Shown here in pieces: positions 12,112 to 22,809 of a stretch of DNA of 64,000 nucleotides. A model generated the notes under the pieces. That model searched no databases and was not told the origin of the DNA. It saw only the letters and a program-made list of their open reading frames with translations. The translations under genes were made by a program, and so were the position numbers. Origin of the DNA: an uncultured Verrucomicrobiota bacterium (GTDB lineage: Bacteria; Verrucomicrobiota; Kiritimatiellia; CAIVKH01). Where the stretch lies: NCBI GenBank assembly GCA_937873455.1, contig CALMYG010000002.1:11325-75324 (forward strand). Reading direction: 5' to 3'. Numbering within the stretch: the first letter of the stretch is position 1; every line of letters starts with the position of its first letter.

Positions 12112-15069
12112 ATGACGCAAGCAACACTACGTGGGAAGCAATGGTTGGTCGCGGGGTTAATGGGGTGTTTTTCCCTTTTCGCTTCGACGGCACAGGCTGC
12201 TTCCGCCGCATCCGATGATGCCGGCAATTACTCGCCTGGAACCTTTATTAACGGCGCCAACGAAGGCTCCGGCTTTGCCCCTTGGGAATTCCAACTTGGC
12301 ACCGGCGCCCAGATCGACCTCGAAGACTCGACCGTCGGCACCGGCGATATCAACTCCGGTAATGGATACTCCTTTATGGTGTATGGCGGCGACGATGGCT
12401 TTGGCGGTTCGTATGCCGACCTGACCCGTCCATTTGGTTCAGCCCTGGTTCCCGGAGATGTCTTCTCATTCACGATGGCGTATAACTGGAACGGCGGTAT
12501 TCGCGGCATGGCGCTCCTGCGCGCTGGCGGCGAGTTGATGTATTTGCAATACCGCGGCGGCAATGAACTGGCCTACGGGTTCGCCGGCGGACCGGATACG
12601 GTCATCTCCACCGACTACCTTGCTGATGCCGTGCTGGAAGTCAGCATTGAACAGTTGGCCGGAAACGCCTTGAGCGTGACCTTGTCCCGCAATGACGGCT
12701 TCACCACCAACCTGGTTTCCGGTCCTTTGGCCGGGCCGGCTACCGGCATCAAGTTCTACAACGGCGGGCACATGGCCGATAACCTTAACTATGCCCTGTT
12801 CGTCAATGATCTCGAAATCGTGCCCAGCGCGATTCCCTCCCTTGAGTTGAACGGGAAGGAAGGCATGGCCCTGATCACCAACCTGATGACCTTGACCCGC
12901 GGCGGGGCCAACCTTGATGCGATCACCGTCACCCTGCAAAGCAGCGACCCGGCTATCGCCTCGGTGCCGGTCAGCGTGGATTTTGTTGCCGGTGCAACCG
13001 CCACCAACTTCCCAATCGTCGGCAACGGCCTCGGCCTGGTCACCGTTTTGGCCTCCGCCGCCGGTTACCCCGACTCCTTCTTCGATGTTTTCGTATACGA
13101 CATCGCCTATGACGACACCTCCTACTATCCGCCCGGCCTCTTCGACGACGCCGGCAACGGTGGCGCCGGATTCCAACCCTGGATCATCATCAACAACAAC
13201 GACTCCGAACTTGGTCGTTTCGCCGGCGTATTCATTGGCGATTCAACCTTCGGCGGCACCGATGTCAATACAGCCGGCGCATCCTTCGGCCTCTACGCCA
13301 ACGGCGATGACAATCCCTTCGTCGACGCCATTCGTCCCTTCGCGGCTGAACTGGCGGTCGGCCAGTCGATTTCCGTGGAAATTGGCGTCAACTTCCGCAA
13401 CGGCTCCAAGGGCGTATCCTTCCAGAGCAGCGGCGGAAACATCTTTGAATTCGCGGTGTTCAGCGACGACTACTGGTACAAGATCGGCAACAACGCCCCG
13501 GTCAGCCTGGGTTGGGACTACGCCTCCGACAGCGCGTTTGAAATCGAACTCAGCCGCCTCGCCGGCAGCCTCTACGATGTCACGATCAACCGCCGCGGAG
13601 GAACCCCCGAATCCTTCGCTTTGAATCAGGTCGATCTCGGCGCCACGGCCCCGAACGAAGTGAAGTTCTTCAACGTCGCCACGGAACCTGGCGACGAAAA
13701 CAACCTCTACGCCAACCGGCTGGCCATGTACTCCAGCGAATCCATCGACCTGCTGACCGTTGACGGCAACGACGGCATGGTGGCCGGTCAAGTGGCGACC
13801 TTCACGGTCACCCGCTCCGGCGATACGGATGATGCGCTGACCGTCAATCTCGCCAGCACCGATGCCGGCGTCGCGACGGTTGATGCCTCGGTCGAAATTC
13901 CGGCGGGACTCGACTCCGCCACCTTCCAGGTCACCGCCGTCGCCAACGGCGAAGTCACCATCGAAGCCACCGCGGACCAATACCTCGGCATTGCCTTCGA
14001 CGTACTGGTCGTTGATATCGCTTATGATGACACCACCTACTACCCGACCGCGATATTCGCGGATGGCGGCAACGGAGGCGTCGGCTTCGAACCCTGGATC
14101 ATTTCCCTTAATGATGGCGAAGGCGAAGGCTACACCAACTATGTCGGCGCCTTCGTTGGCAGCTCCACCTCCGGCGGCAGCGATGTGAACTCCAGCCGCG
14201 GCACCGCGTTCGGCTTATATGCCAACCGGGAAGGCGAAGGCGGTCCCGATCCGTTGGCCGAAGCGACCCGTCCGTTCGCCGATGAACTCGGAATCGGTGA
14301 ATCCATCTCGTTCGCCCTGGGCGTGAACTTCCGCAACGGCGCCAAAGGCGCGATGATCCAGAATGACGGTACGTGGCTGTTTGAAGTCGCGGTCTTTAAC
14401 GACCAATACGTGTACAACATTCGCAGCCAGGGCGACAATCCGGTCGATCTCGGCTGGGAATACGCCAGCGACTCCGCGATTATCGTCACCCTGTCGCGCA
14501 TGGATGCTTCCACCTACAACGTCTTGATCGAACGCGAAGGCAGCGCCCCCGAAGAAGTCCTGCTGCAAGGCATCACCTTGTCGAGCGCCCCGGATCGCGT
14601 GCGCTTCTACAACTACTTCACCGACGGCGGCGGTGATGAAAACAACCTCTACATCAACGCCCTGGCCATCTACACCGGAACCGTCGGTGAAGAAGTCACC
14701 GACGGCATTCCGAACAGTTGGTGGGAAAAGTGGGGCGTGGAGCCGGGCGACCGCGTGGCCGGAATCGACCTCGACGACGATGGCGCCTCCAACCTCGAGG
14801 AATACCTGGCCGACACGAATCCCCAGGATGCCAACTCGGTATTCGGCGAAATCAGCGGCATGACCGGCGGCATGGTGCTGTCGATTCAGACCGCGCCGAC
14901 CACCAACAGCCGTGTGTACGACATTTATTGGACCACCGACCTGTTGGCCTCGCCGCAGCAGTGGAACGCCCTCGGCAATCCGACGGCCGGCAATAACGGC
15001 GTCCTGACCCTGACCGTCACCAATGACGTACCGGTCCGGATCTACCGCACCGGTGTTGCGCTGCCGTAA
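12112..15069 (+). CDS. Large secreted repeat protein (signal peptide; 3x ~300-aa tandem domains with Ig-like spacers; C-terminal Ca-binding dockerin/TSP3-like motif + beta-sandwich tail)
   Basis: Signal peptide MTQATLRGKQWLVAGLMGCFSLFASTAQA. Three homologous modules start at DIAYDDTSYYPPGLFDDAGNGG and its variants. C-terminal IDLDDDGASNLEEYLADTNPQD motif. A terminator follows the gene. Confidence 0.8.
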   Translation: MTQATLRGKQWLVAGLMGCFSLFASTAQAASAASDDAGNYSPGTFINGANEGSGFAPWEFQLGTGAQIDLEDSTVGTGDINSGNGYSFMVYGGDDGFGGSYADLTRPFGSALVPGDVFSFTMAYNWNGGIRGMALLRAGGELMYLQYRGGNELAYGFAGGPDTVISTDYLADAVLEVSIEQLAGNALSVTLSRNDGFTTNLVSGPLAGPATGIKFYNGGHMADNLNYALFVNDLEIVPSAIPSLELNGKEGMALITNLMTLTRGGANLDAITVTLQSSDPAIASVPVSVDFVAGATATNFPIVGNGLGLVTVLASAAGYPDSFFDVFVYDIAYDDTSYYPPGLFDDAGNGGAGFQPWIIINNNDSELGRFAGVFIGDSTFGGTDVNTAGASFGLYANGDDNPFVDAIRPFAAELAVGQSISVEIGVNFRNGSKGVSFQSSGGNIFEFAVFSDDYWYKIGNNAPVSLGWDYASDSAFEIELSRLAGSLYDVTINRRGGTPESFALNQVDLGATAPNEVKFFNVATEPGDENNLYANRLAMYSSESIDLLTVDGNDGMVAGQVATFTVTRSGDTDDALTVNLASTDAGVATVDASVEIPAGLDSATFQVTAVANGEVTIEATADQYLGIAFDVLVVDIAYDDTTYYPTAIFADGGNGGVGFEPWIISLNDGEGEGYTNYVGAFVGSSTSGGSDVNSSRGTAFGLYANREGEGGPDPLAEATRPFADELGIGESISFALGVNFRNGAKGAMIQNDGTWLFEVAVFNDQYVYNIRSQGDNPVDLGWEYASDSAIIVTLSRMDASTYNVLIEREGSAPEEVLLQGITLSSAPDRVRFYNYFTDGGGDENNLYINALAIYTGTVGEEVTDGIPNSWWEKWGVEPGDRVAGIDLDDDGASNLEEYLADTNPQDANSVFGEISGMTGGMVLSIQTAPTTNSRVYDIYWTTDLLASPQQWNALGNPTAGNNGVLTLTVTNDVPVRIYRTGVALP
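12200..14680 (+). repeat. Intragenic tandem triplication (~0.9-kb units) within the 12112-15069 CDS
   Basis: Unit starts at about 12200, 13098 and 14017. Units 2 and 3 share long near-identical peptide stretches (FGLYAN, VNFRNG, DENNLY...). Confidence 0.6.
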
Positions 15070-15090
15070 GCGACGGACGCAACCGCAAGG

Positions 15091-15122
15091 AAAAGCCCCG
15101 CCACCCGGCGGGGCTTTTTTTG
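15091..15122 (+). terminator. Rho-independent terminator
   Basis: gccccgcc-accc-ggcggggc stem-loop followed by T7-8. Confidence 0.7.
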
Positions 15123-15289
15123 TGTGGGGCGGCCACGGTTTTTCACTTGCCACACCCGCCGGACCCGCGTAAGGTCCGCCCCCAGTTCTCCTGTGGAGAA
15201 CGGAAGCGAGCGCCCGGCCGCCTCTGGTTTGGGCCAAAGCGGATTGTCACCGTCCCGCCAATCGCGGGGCGATAACCAATAACGGAGGA

Positions 15290-16258
15290 ATGATTATGGA
15301 ATCCGGTGAATTAACCGTGAAAGTAAGCGTACAGGACCTGCTCGACGCCGGCCTGCACTTCGGCCACCAGACCAAGCGCTGGAACCCGAAGATGAAAAAA
15401 TACATCTTTGATGCCCGCAACGGGATTTACATCATTGATCTCGACAAAACCCACGACCTGCTGATCAAGGCCCAGCGCTATATTTACGAAGCGGTATCCA
15501 TGGGCCGCAGCATCCTGTTTGTCGGCACCAAGAAACAAGCGATGCTGCCGATCAAGGCGTTGGCCGAAAAATACAACCAGCCGTACATCGTCAACCGCTG
15601 GCTCGGCGGCACCCTGACCAACAGCACCACCATACGGCGCAGCGTCGCCCGCATGCGCGAACTTGAAGCGCTGGAAAAAGACAACAAGTGGGGCTCGCTG
15701 AACAAGAAGGAAGTCTCCCGCCTCCGTCGCGAATTGGAAAAACTTCACTTCAACCTCAGCGGCATCGCCAACATGGATCAATTGCCGGGCGCCCTGTTCA
15801 TCATCGACACCAATCGCGAATCGATCGCCATTCAGGAGGCCCAACGCCTCGGCATTCCGATCATCGCCATTGTTGACACCAATTCCGATCCCGACCCGAT
15901 CGACTTCCCGATTCCCGGCAACGACGATTCCATTCGCGGCCTGCAACTGATCCTCGACATCACCGGGGAGAGCATGGAAAAGGCCGTGGGTGAATATTCC
16001 CGTGTCGCCGCCGAGGAAGCCCGCAAACGCGCCGCCGATGAAGCGGCCGCTGAAGCCAAATCCAAAGCCGCCGCCGCCGCGCGCGCCGAAGCCGCCGCCA
16101 AGGCCCTCGCCGCCGTGAAGGAAAAGAAAGCCCGGGCCAAGGCCAAGGAAGCCGCGGAGGCCAAGGAAGCCAAAGCCAAGGAAACGACCGAGGCCGCGCC
16201 TGCTGCTACCGAAGCCGCGCCGCCCGCCGAGTCCGCCGGCGAAACCCCGGCATCCTGA
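15290..16258 (+). CDS. rpsB: 30S ribosomal protein S2 with ~90-aa Ala/Lys/Glu-rich C-terminal extension
   Basis: LLDAGLHFGHQTKRWNPKM...WLGGTLTN... core. The second ATG at 15296 has better spacing to GGAGG (15284-15288) and may be the true start. Confidence 0.95.
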   Translation: MIMESGELTVKVSVQDLLDAGLHFGHQTKRWNPKMKKYIFDARNGIYIIDLDKTHDLLIKAQRYIYEAVSMGRSILFVGTKKQAMLPIKALAEKYNQPYIVNRWLGGTLTNSTTIRRSVARMRELEALEKDNKWGSLNKKEVSRLRRELEKLHFNLSGIANMDQLPGALFIIDTNRESIAIQEAQRLGIPIIAIVDTNSDPDPIDFPIPGNDDSIRGLQLILDITGESMEKAVGEYSRVAAEEARKRAADEAAAEAKSKAAAAARAEAAAKALAAVKEKKARAKAKEAAEAKEAKAKETTEAAPAATEAAPPAESAGETPAS

Positions 16259-16292
16259 AACCCGAACACCACCGACAGCACAAGGAAACTTA

Positions 16293-17126
16293 ATGGAAAT
16301 CACCGCATCATTAGTCAAAGAACTGCGTGACGAGACCAATCTCGGCATGATGGAATGCAAACGCGCCTTGCAGGAAGCCGGCGGCGACAAGGAAAAGGCC
16401 GTACGCCTTCTCCGCGAACGCGGCCTGGCGATTGCCGGCAAAAAAGCCGAACGCGTGGCCAAGGAAGGACGAATCGCCGCCGACATCTATGACAACGGCA
16501 AAACCGGCGTCATGATCGAGGTCAACTGCGAAACCGACTTCGTCGCCAAAAACGAAAACTTCCAGGGCTTTGTCGCCACCCTGCTCGCCCATGCCAAAGG
16601 CATCGACGGCAGCCTGGCCGAAGCCGCAAAAGATCAAGTCGTCGCCAAGATCGCGGAGATCGGCGAAAACATCATCGTGCGCCGCAACGTCAAGTACTCC
16701 GTCCAAGGTAACGGCGCCATCGCCGGGTATATCCACCTCGGCGGCAAGGTCGGCGTGCTTCTCGAAGTAGGCTGTGACAAAGCGGAAACCATCCAGGCCG
16801 ATGCCTTCAAGGAAGCGGTCAAGGATGTCACCCTGCATATTGCCGCCGCCAACCCGCAATTCCTCAACCGCGCCGACGTGGCTCCCGAAGTCATCGCCGC
16901 CGAACGGGAAATTTACGCCAAGCAGGTGGAGGGCAAGCCCGCCAACATCGTGGACAAGATCGTCGACGGCAAGCTGGAAAAATTTTACAGCACCATCGTC
17001 CTGGTCGAGCAGGGATTCGTTAAGGACCCTGACCACACCGTGGCTGACATGCTCGCCGCCAAAGGCAAGGAGCTGGGCGACAACCTGGTCATCCGTCGGT
17101 TCACCCGCTACCAAGTCGGGGTGTAG
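16293..17126 (+). CDS. tsf: Elongation factor Ts
   Basis: ITASLVKELRDETNLGMMECKRAL... 35 nt downstream of rpsB, the conserved rpsB-tsf operon. Confidence 0.95.
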   Translation: MEITASLVKELRDETNLGMMECKRALQEAGGDKEKAVRLLRERGLAIAGKKAERVAKEGRIAADIYDNGKTGVMIEVNCETDFVAKNENFQGFVATLLAHAKGIDGSLAEAAKDQVVAKIAEIGENIIVRRNVKYSVQGNGAIAGYIHLGGKVGVLLEVGCDKAETIQADAFKEAVKDVTLHIAAANPQFLNRADVAPEVIAAEREIYAKQVEGKPANIVDKIVDGKLEKFYSTIVLVEQGFVKDPDHTVADMLAAKGKELGDNLVIRRFTRYQVGV

Positions 17127-17150
17127 TTCAAACCGGCAGACCAAAATCAA

Positions 17151-17178
17151 AAGGCGGCTTCGGCCGCCTTTTTTTATC
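17151..17178 (+). terminator. Rho-independent terminator of rpsB-tsf
   Basis: aaggcggc-ttcg-gccgcctt followed by T7. Confidence 0.7.
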
Positions 17179-17402
17179 GCCACGACCATCGGGCGCATCC
17201 GGCCAGCGATTCTGATTAGGAACACGCGACAAGCCAGGCATCGTTGTGCGCCGAAGGCGCATGCGGTACCGCGGGAAGCCATCGGGTAAATACCGCGCTT
17301 CGCGGGATTCGGTTTCCCAAAAAAGTCAACCAATCCGGGAAGCGCCCGCCACCCGGTCCACGAAGCTGGCGCGATGATCCCCCGTTATGGTATTGTTTGC
17401 GT

Positions 17403-18524
17403 ATGGCATCACCTGATCAGTCCATACCAAAGGGAAGAGTCGCCGTCGGGCTTAGCGGCGGCGTGGACAGTTCCGTAGCTGCCGCCCTCCTCGTGGACCA
17501 GGGGTGGGAGGTCATCGGCTTCACCTTGCACATGTTCAAGGAGGGCTCCCGCTGCTGTTCCATCGAAGACGTCAATCGCGCGCGGCGCATTTGCGATCAC
17601 CTGGGCATTCGTCACTACGTGATCAACGTCATGGACCGCTTCATGGAAGAAGTGGTCCGCCCCTTCACCGACGCGTACGCCGCTGGCCGCACCCCCAACC
17701 CCTGCATTTATTGCAACCGGCTCTTTAAATTCGGCACCGTGCTCGAACGCGCCCGGCAACTCGGCTGCAGCCACATGGCAACCGGCCATTATGTGCGCCT
17801 GGATCGTGATGCCGACGGCCTCTATTTTCTGCGCCAAGGACGCGATCCTAATAAAGATCAGTCCTACTTCCTTCACCGACTTACCCAGGACCAACTCGGC
17901 AGCGCGTTATTCCCCCTCGGTGAGCTTACCAAACCCGAGGTTCGGGTGATTGCGCGGGAAAAACAATTGCCCATCGAGGGCGCCCGCGAAACCGCCGACT
18001 TGTGTTTCATCACCGGGAAGGGACCGGCCCCGCTTATTGAACAGTTTCATCCGGAAGTCGCCCGCCCGGGCGATATCACCGACCAAGCCGGACGGGTTCT
18101 TGGCCAACACGGCGGCATCCATAAATTCACCCTCGGACAACGTGAAGGCCTCGGCATCGCCACCGGAGAAAAGATGTATGTCAAAGCCCTTCGCCCGGAA
18201 GAAAACATAGTCGTCGTCGGGCGTCGCCCGGAAATCCTCTCGTCCGCGTTTACCGTCCACGACCTCTTCTGGGTAAAAGATCGTCCCCCGCCTGACGAGA
18301 GCTCCCTGTTGGTGCGCACCCGTTACCGGCAAAAACCCGTTCCGGCCATCATCACCGGCAGCCCCGATTCCAGCACGCCATCCACCCCGGAAACATTCCC
18401 CCGCATCGCGGTGACGCTTGAAGAACCGATTTTTGCCGTAACCCCCGGACAGGCCGCCGTTTTTTACGACGGTGACGCCGTACTCGGGGGCGGATGGATC
18501 GAAAATTTCACTTTATCTGTCTAG
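17403..18524 (+). CDS. mnmA: tRNA-specific 2-thiouridylase MnmA
   Basis: Start trimmed to the ATG at 17403 (MASPDQ...). PP-loop VAVGLSGGVDSSVAA, catalytic cysteines (CCS..., TPNPCIYCN), and C-terminal domains. Confidence 0.9.
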   Translation: MASPDQSIPKGRVAVGLSGGVDSSVAAALLVDQGWEVIGFTLHMFKEGSRCCSIEDVNRARRICDHLGIRHYVINVMDRFMEEVVRPFTDAYAAGRTPNPCIYCNRLFKFGTVLERARQLGCSHMATGHYVRLDRDADGLYFLRQGRDPNKDQSYFLHRLTQDQLGSALFPLGELTKPEVRVIAREKQLPIEGARETADLCFITGKGPAPLIEQFHPEVARPGDITDQAGRVLGQHGGIHKFTLGQREGLGIATGEKMYVKALRPEENIVVVGRRPEILSSAFTVHDLFWVKDRPPPDESSLLVRTRYRQKPVPAIITGSPDSSTPSTPETFPRIAVTLEEPIFAVTPGQAAVFYDGDAVLGGGWIENFTLSV

Positions 18525-18627
18525 CCGGATAAAGTAATATATACGCCAACACAAGTAGTTATGAAGGTTGCGCCGCCGCATTTCGCCCTTTCGCGCATAC
18601 GGCCGGCTTAACCGTGGGAGCGACACC

Positions 18628-21600
18628 GTGAGCACGCATGTACATACCAATCGGGAAAAACTTCTTCGCGAGGCCCTGGCCCGCCGTATTTTGATCATTG
18701 ATGGCGCCATGGGCACCATGATCCAGCAGTACAAACTGCAGGAAGCCGACTACCGGGGTGAACGCTTCAAGGATTTTCCCCGCGATGTCAAAGGCAACAA
18801 CGACCTGCTCACCCTGACCCAGCCCCACATCATTCAGGAAATTCACCGCAAGTACCTGGAAGCCGGAGCGGATATCCTCGAGACCAACACCTTCAACGCA
18901 CAGTCGATCTCCATGGCCGACTACCACATGGAGGATCTTGCCTACGAACTGAACGTTGCCGGCGCCCGCATCGCCCGTGAAGTCGCCGATGCTTTCGAAA
19001 AGAAAAACCCGGCGAAGCCGCGCTTCGTCGCCGGCGTGATCGGCCCGACCAACCGCACCGCATCGATCTCCCCCGATGTCAACAATCCAGGTTTCCGCAA
19101 CGTCAACTTCGACCAACTGGTAACCGCGTACACGGAGTCCGTGCGCGGGCTGATCGATGGCGGCTCGGATATTATTTTGATTGAGACGGTGTTCGACACC
19201 CTCAACGCCAAAGCCGCGATCTACGCCGTGAAGCGCTACCTTGCGGAGCAAGGCATCGCAATGCCGATCATGATATCCGGCACGATCACCGACCGTAGCG
19301 GACGCACCCTCACCGGCCAGACCGCCGAGGCGTTCTGGTATTCGATGATGCACGCCGACCCGATCAGCATCGGCTTTAACTGCGCCCTCGGCGCCGCCGA
19401 CATGCGCCAGCACATCGACGACGTGTCGCGCGTGACCCCCGCCTACATCAGCACCCACCCCAACGCCGGGCTCCCCAACGCCTTCGGCGGCTACGATGAA
19501 ACCCCCGAGGACATGGCGAAGATCCTGCGCGAGTTTGCCGAAAGCGGCCTGATCAATATGGTCGGCGGCTGCTGCGGCACCACGCCGGAACACATCAAAG
19601 CCATCGCCGAAGCAGTGGAAGGCCTCCCCCCGCGCCGCCCCCCCGTGGTCGAAAAGACCCTGCGTCTCTCCGGCCTCGAACCGTTCGTGATCCGCCCGGA
19701 AACCAACTTCGTCAACATCGGCGAGCGTTGCAACGTCACCGGCTCGCGCAAGTTTCTCCGCCTGATCAAGGACGGCAAGCTCGACGAGGCCCTTGATGTC
19801 GCCAAGGTGCAGGTTGAAAACGGCGCCCAACTGCTCGACATCAACCTCGATGAAGGGCTGCTCGACGCCGAAACGTTGATGCCCCAATTTCTGAACCTGA
19901 TGGCGTCCGAGCCGGAAATCTCAAAGGTTCCCTTCGTGATCGACTCCTCCAAGTGGAAGGTCATTGAAGCCGGGCTGAAGTGCGTACAGGGCAAATGCGT
20001 GGTCAATTCCATCAGCCTCAAGGAGGGCGAAGACGTGTTTGTCGAACAGGCCCGCAAGGCCCGGCTCTACGGCGCGGCGGTGATCGTGATGGCCTTCGAC
20101 ACCAACGGCCAGGCTGACACCCTGGAGCGTCGATTGGAGATCTGCACCCGCTCGTACAAAATCCTCACCGAGGTTGTCGGCTTCCCGCCCGAGGACATTA
20201 TTTTTGACCACAACATCTTTGCCATCGGAACCGGCATTGAAGAGCACAGCGGCTATGGCGTGACCTTCATCGAGGCCACCCGCCAACTCAAGACCGCCCT
20301 CCCCCACATCCGCATCAGCGGCGGCGTGAGCAACGTCTCCTTCTCCTTCCGCGGCAACGAACCGGTGCGGGAGGCCATCCACTCCGTGTTCCTCTACCAT
20401 GCCATCAAGGCCGGGATGGACATGGGCATCGTCAACGCGGGCCAGCTCGCGGTGTACGACGACATCGCCACCGAACTGCGCGAACGCGTGGAAGACCTGG
20501 TGCTCAACAAACGCCCTGACGCCACCGAACGCCTGCTCGAAATCGCCGGTAAATACAGCGGACAGGAAAAAGCGAAGGAAGAAGAACAAGCCTGGCGCAG
20601 CCTGCCGGTGCGCGAACGCCTCGCCCACGCCCTGGTGAAGGGCATCACGGATTATATTGATCAGGATACCGAGGAAGTGCGCAAGGAAACCAGCCACCCC
20701 CTCGAAGTCATCGAAGGCCCGCTCATGGCCGGCATGAATATTGTCGGCGACTTGTTCGGCGCGGGCAAAATGTTCCTGCCGCAGGTCGTCAAAAGCGCGC
20801 GCGTGATGAAAAAGGCGGTCGCCTACCTCGAACCGTATTTCGAAGAAGCCAAGAAAACCGGTCCGGCTCAAGTCAAGGGCCGCATCCTCATGGCCACGGT
20901 AAAGGGCGACGTCCACGATATTGGGAAAAACATCGTGGGCGTGGTATTGCAGTGCAACAATTACGAGGTCATTGATATCGGGGTCATGCAGGCCTGCGAG
21001 ACGATTCTGCGCACGGCGAAGGAACGCGGCTGCAATGTGATCGGCCTGTCCGGTTTGATCACACCGTCGCTGGACGAAATGGTCCACGTCGCCTCGGAAA
21101 TGAAACGCGAGGGCTTCGACATTCCCCTGCTCATCGGCGGGGCCACCACCTCGAAGGTTCACACGGCGGTCAAGATCGCCCCGCAATACCAGGAGCCGGT
21201 GGTGTACGTGCCCGACGCCTCGCGGGTGGTCGGAGTGGTGAGCAAATTGCTCAGCGCGGAACAAAAGCCCGATTATGTCAAGGAACTGCATGCCGAGTAC
21301 GAGGGCGTGCGGGAGATCCAGCGCAACAAAGTGTCGCGGGAAAAATGGCTGACCATCAATCAGGCGCGTGCCGGAAGATTTCCCACTGACTGGAAAACCT
21401 ACACCCCGCCGAAACCCACCTTCACCGGCATCAAGACGCTGGTCGATTATCCCCTGGAGAAATTAGTCGAGCGGATCGACTGGACCCCGTTCTTCGCCAC
21501 GTGGGAATTGGCCGGCCTGTATCCGGAAATTTTTGACGATGCCGTAGTCGGCAAAGAGGCACGGAAGCTGTTCGACGACGCCCAGGCCATGCTGAAACAG

Positions 21601-22320
21601 ATGATGGCCCACAAATGGGTCACCGCCAACGCGGTCTGCGGCTTCTGGCCGGCCAATGCGGTGGGTGATGATGTTGAGTTCTACACCGACGATTCGCGCA
21701 AGCAGGTATTGCAAACCTTCCATTTCCTGCGCCAGCAAATGGACAAGCCGACCAGCAAGGCCAATCTTTGCCTCGCCGACTGGGTTGCACCGAAAGAGAC
21801 CGGCGTGCCGGATTGGGTCGGCGGCTTCGCGGTCACCGCCGGACACGGCATCGAGAAACAGCTCGAGGTGTTTGAGAAGGACCACGACGACTACCACAGC
21901 ATTTTGCTCAAGGCCCTAGCCGACCGCCTCGCCGAGGCGTTTGCCGAACACCTGCACGAGCGGGTGCGCAAGGAATTCTGGGGTTACGCCGCCGACGAGG
22001 TCATGAGCAACGACGATTTGATCCTCGAAAAGTACCGCGGTATTCGTCCCGCGCCGGGTTATCCGGCCTGCCCGGACCACACCGAAAAAGGCCCGCTCTT
22101 CGAACTGCTTGATGCTCCCGCACAAGCCGGCATCCGCCTCACCGAAAGTTTCGCCATGTACCCCGGCGCGGCGGTCAGCGGCTTCTACTTCAGCCACCCC
22201 GACTCCACCTACTTCGGCATCGGCCGCATCAACAAAGACCAGGTCGAGGACTACGCGAAGCGCAAAGGCGAGTCGGTGCAGTATGTCGAGCGCTGGCTGG
22301 CGCCGATTCTTGGGTACTGA
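18628..22320 (+). CDS. metH: Cobalamin-dependent methionine synthase MetH
   Basis: Hcy-binding, pterin-binding, B12-binding ([20 protein letters not shown]) and AdoMet activation domains are all present. The GTG at 18628 with RBS GGGAG gives an N-terminus matching MetH homologues; the longest ORF ATG is at 18568. Confidence 0.95.
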   Translation: MSTHVHTNREKLLREALARRILIIDGAMGTMIQQYKLQEADYRGERFKDFPRDVKGNNDLLTLTQPHIIQEIHRKYLEAGADILETNTFNAQSISMADYHMEDLAYELNVAGARIAREVADAFEKKNPAKPRFVAGVIGPTNRTASISPDVNNPGFRNVNFDQLVTAYTESVRGLIDGGSDIILIETVFDTLNAKAAIYAVKRYLAEQGIAMPIMISGTITDRSGRTLTGQTAEAFWYSMMHADPISIGFNCALGAADMRQHIDDVSRVTPAYISTHPNAGLPNAFGGYDETPEDMAKILREFAESGLINMVGGCCGTTPEHIKAIAEAVEGLPPRRPPVVEKTLRLSGLEPFVIRPETNFVNIGERCNVTGSRKFLRLIKDGKLDEALDVAKVQVENGAQLLDINLDEGLLDAETLMPQFLNLMASEPEISKVPFVIDSSKWKVIEAGLKCVQGKCVVNSISLKEGEDVFVEQARKARLYGAAVIVMAFDTNGQADTLERRLEICTRSYKILTEVVGFPPEDIIFDHNIFAIGTGIEEHSGYGVTFIEATRQLKTALPHIRISGGVSNVSFSFRGNEPVREAIHSVFLYHAIKAGMDMGIVNAGQLAVYDDIATELRERVEDLVLNKRPDATERLLEIAGKYSGQEKAKEEEQAWRSLPVRERLAHALVKGITDYIDQDTEEVRKETSHPLEVIEGPLMAGMNIVGDLFGAGKMFLPQVVKSARVMKKAVAYLEPYFEEAKKTGPAQVKGRILMATVKGDVHDIGKNIVGVVLQCNNYEVIDIGVMQACETILRTAKERGCNVIGLSGLITPSLDEMVHVASEMKREGFDIPLLIGGATTSKVHTAVKIAPQYQEPVVYVPDASRVVGVVSKLLSAEQKPDYVKELHAEYEGVREIQRNKVSREKWLTINQARAGRFPTDWKTYTPPKPTFTGIKTLVDYPLEKLVERIDWTPFFATWELAGLYPEIFDDAVVGKEARKLFDDAQAMLKQMMAHKWVTANAVCGFWPANAVGDDVEFYTDDSRKQVLQTFHFLRQQMDKPTSKANLCLADWVAPKETGVPDWVGGFAVTAGHGIEKQLEVFEKDHDDYHSILLKALADRLAEAFAEHLHERVRKEFWGYAADEVMSNDDLILEKYRGIRPAPGYPACPDHTEKGPLFELLDAPAQAGIRLTESFAMYPGAAVSGFYFSHPDSTYFGIGRINKDQVEDYAKRKGESVQYVERWLAPILGY
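22207..22247 (+). repeat. Left copy of imperfect direct repeat (metH 3' end, att-like)
   Basis: acctacttcggcatcggccg-ca-tcaacaa-a-gaccaggtcga, repeated at 32949-32989 with roughly 37 of 41 bases identical. Confidence 0.6.
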
Positions 22321-22365
22321 TTGGATTTTGGAATTTGGAATGCGGATTTTGGATTTGTGAAGGGT

Positions 22366-22809
22366 TCACGGCTTAAGTTCTGGATGTTTCGAATCCAACC
22401 ACGCCAGAACATCCACCTCAAGTCCTCGCGCGAATTCAATCAACTCATCTGCGTCGGCTTCTGTTGCGCCTCCCACATAGTCATACTCGACGGTGTTTCG
22501 TTTGGCTCGGCAGGTGTCGAGATATACGGCGTCGGTCTTTCGCTCGTCGCCGAGAATAAGCGGTAACGCCTGAAGCGTCCGATAGTGAGCAAGATTTTGG
22601 CTTGGTCTGTATCCTTCGGAATAAAGTAGAACCGTGCAAAGCTTTAACACTGCGTTATAGGCGATTCCAAAGCGCCAGTCAGAAGATATTCCACCCGCAG
22701 CGGAATCCGATATATCGCGACGAGCGATTGACACCAGGTTTTCTATTTCCTTTCGACTCGTCTTATGCGGTCTTAGCCAGCCATTAGTTTCCCATTGTTT
22801 TAAGCTCAT
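22366..22809 (-). CDS. HEPN-fold / nucleotidyltransferase-substrate-binding-like protein (partner of upstream MNT)
   Basis: 147 aa, predicted all-alpha, overlapping the 3' end of the MNT gene by 26 nt. The canonical Rx4-6H motif was not seen, so the assignment is by context. Confidence 0.45.
   Translation of the reverse strand: MSLKQWETNGWLRPHKTSRKEIENLVSIARRDISDSAAGGISSDWRFGIAYNAVLKLCTVLLYSEGYRPSQNLAHYRTLQALPLILGDERKTDAVYLDTCRAKRNTVEYDYVGGATEADADELIEFARGLEVDVLAWLDSKHPELKP

Noticed and set aside
15311-16486. 391-aa minus-strand ORF
   Set aside because: Antisense to rpsB/tsf, which are unambiguous.
18559-21291. 442-aa and 456-aa minus-strand ORFs
   Set aside because: Antisense within metH; shadow ORFs.
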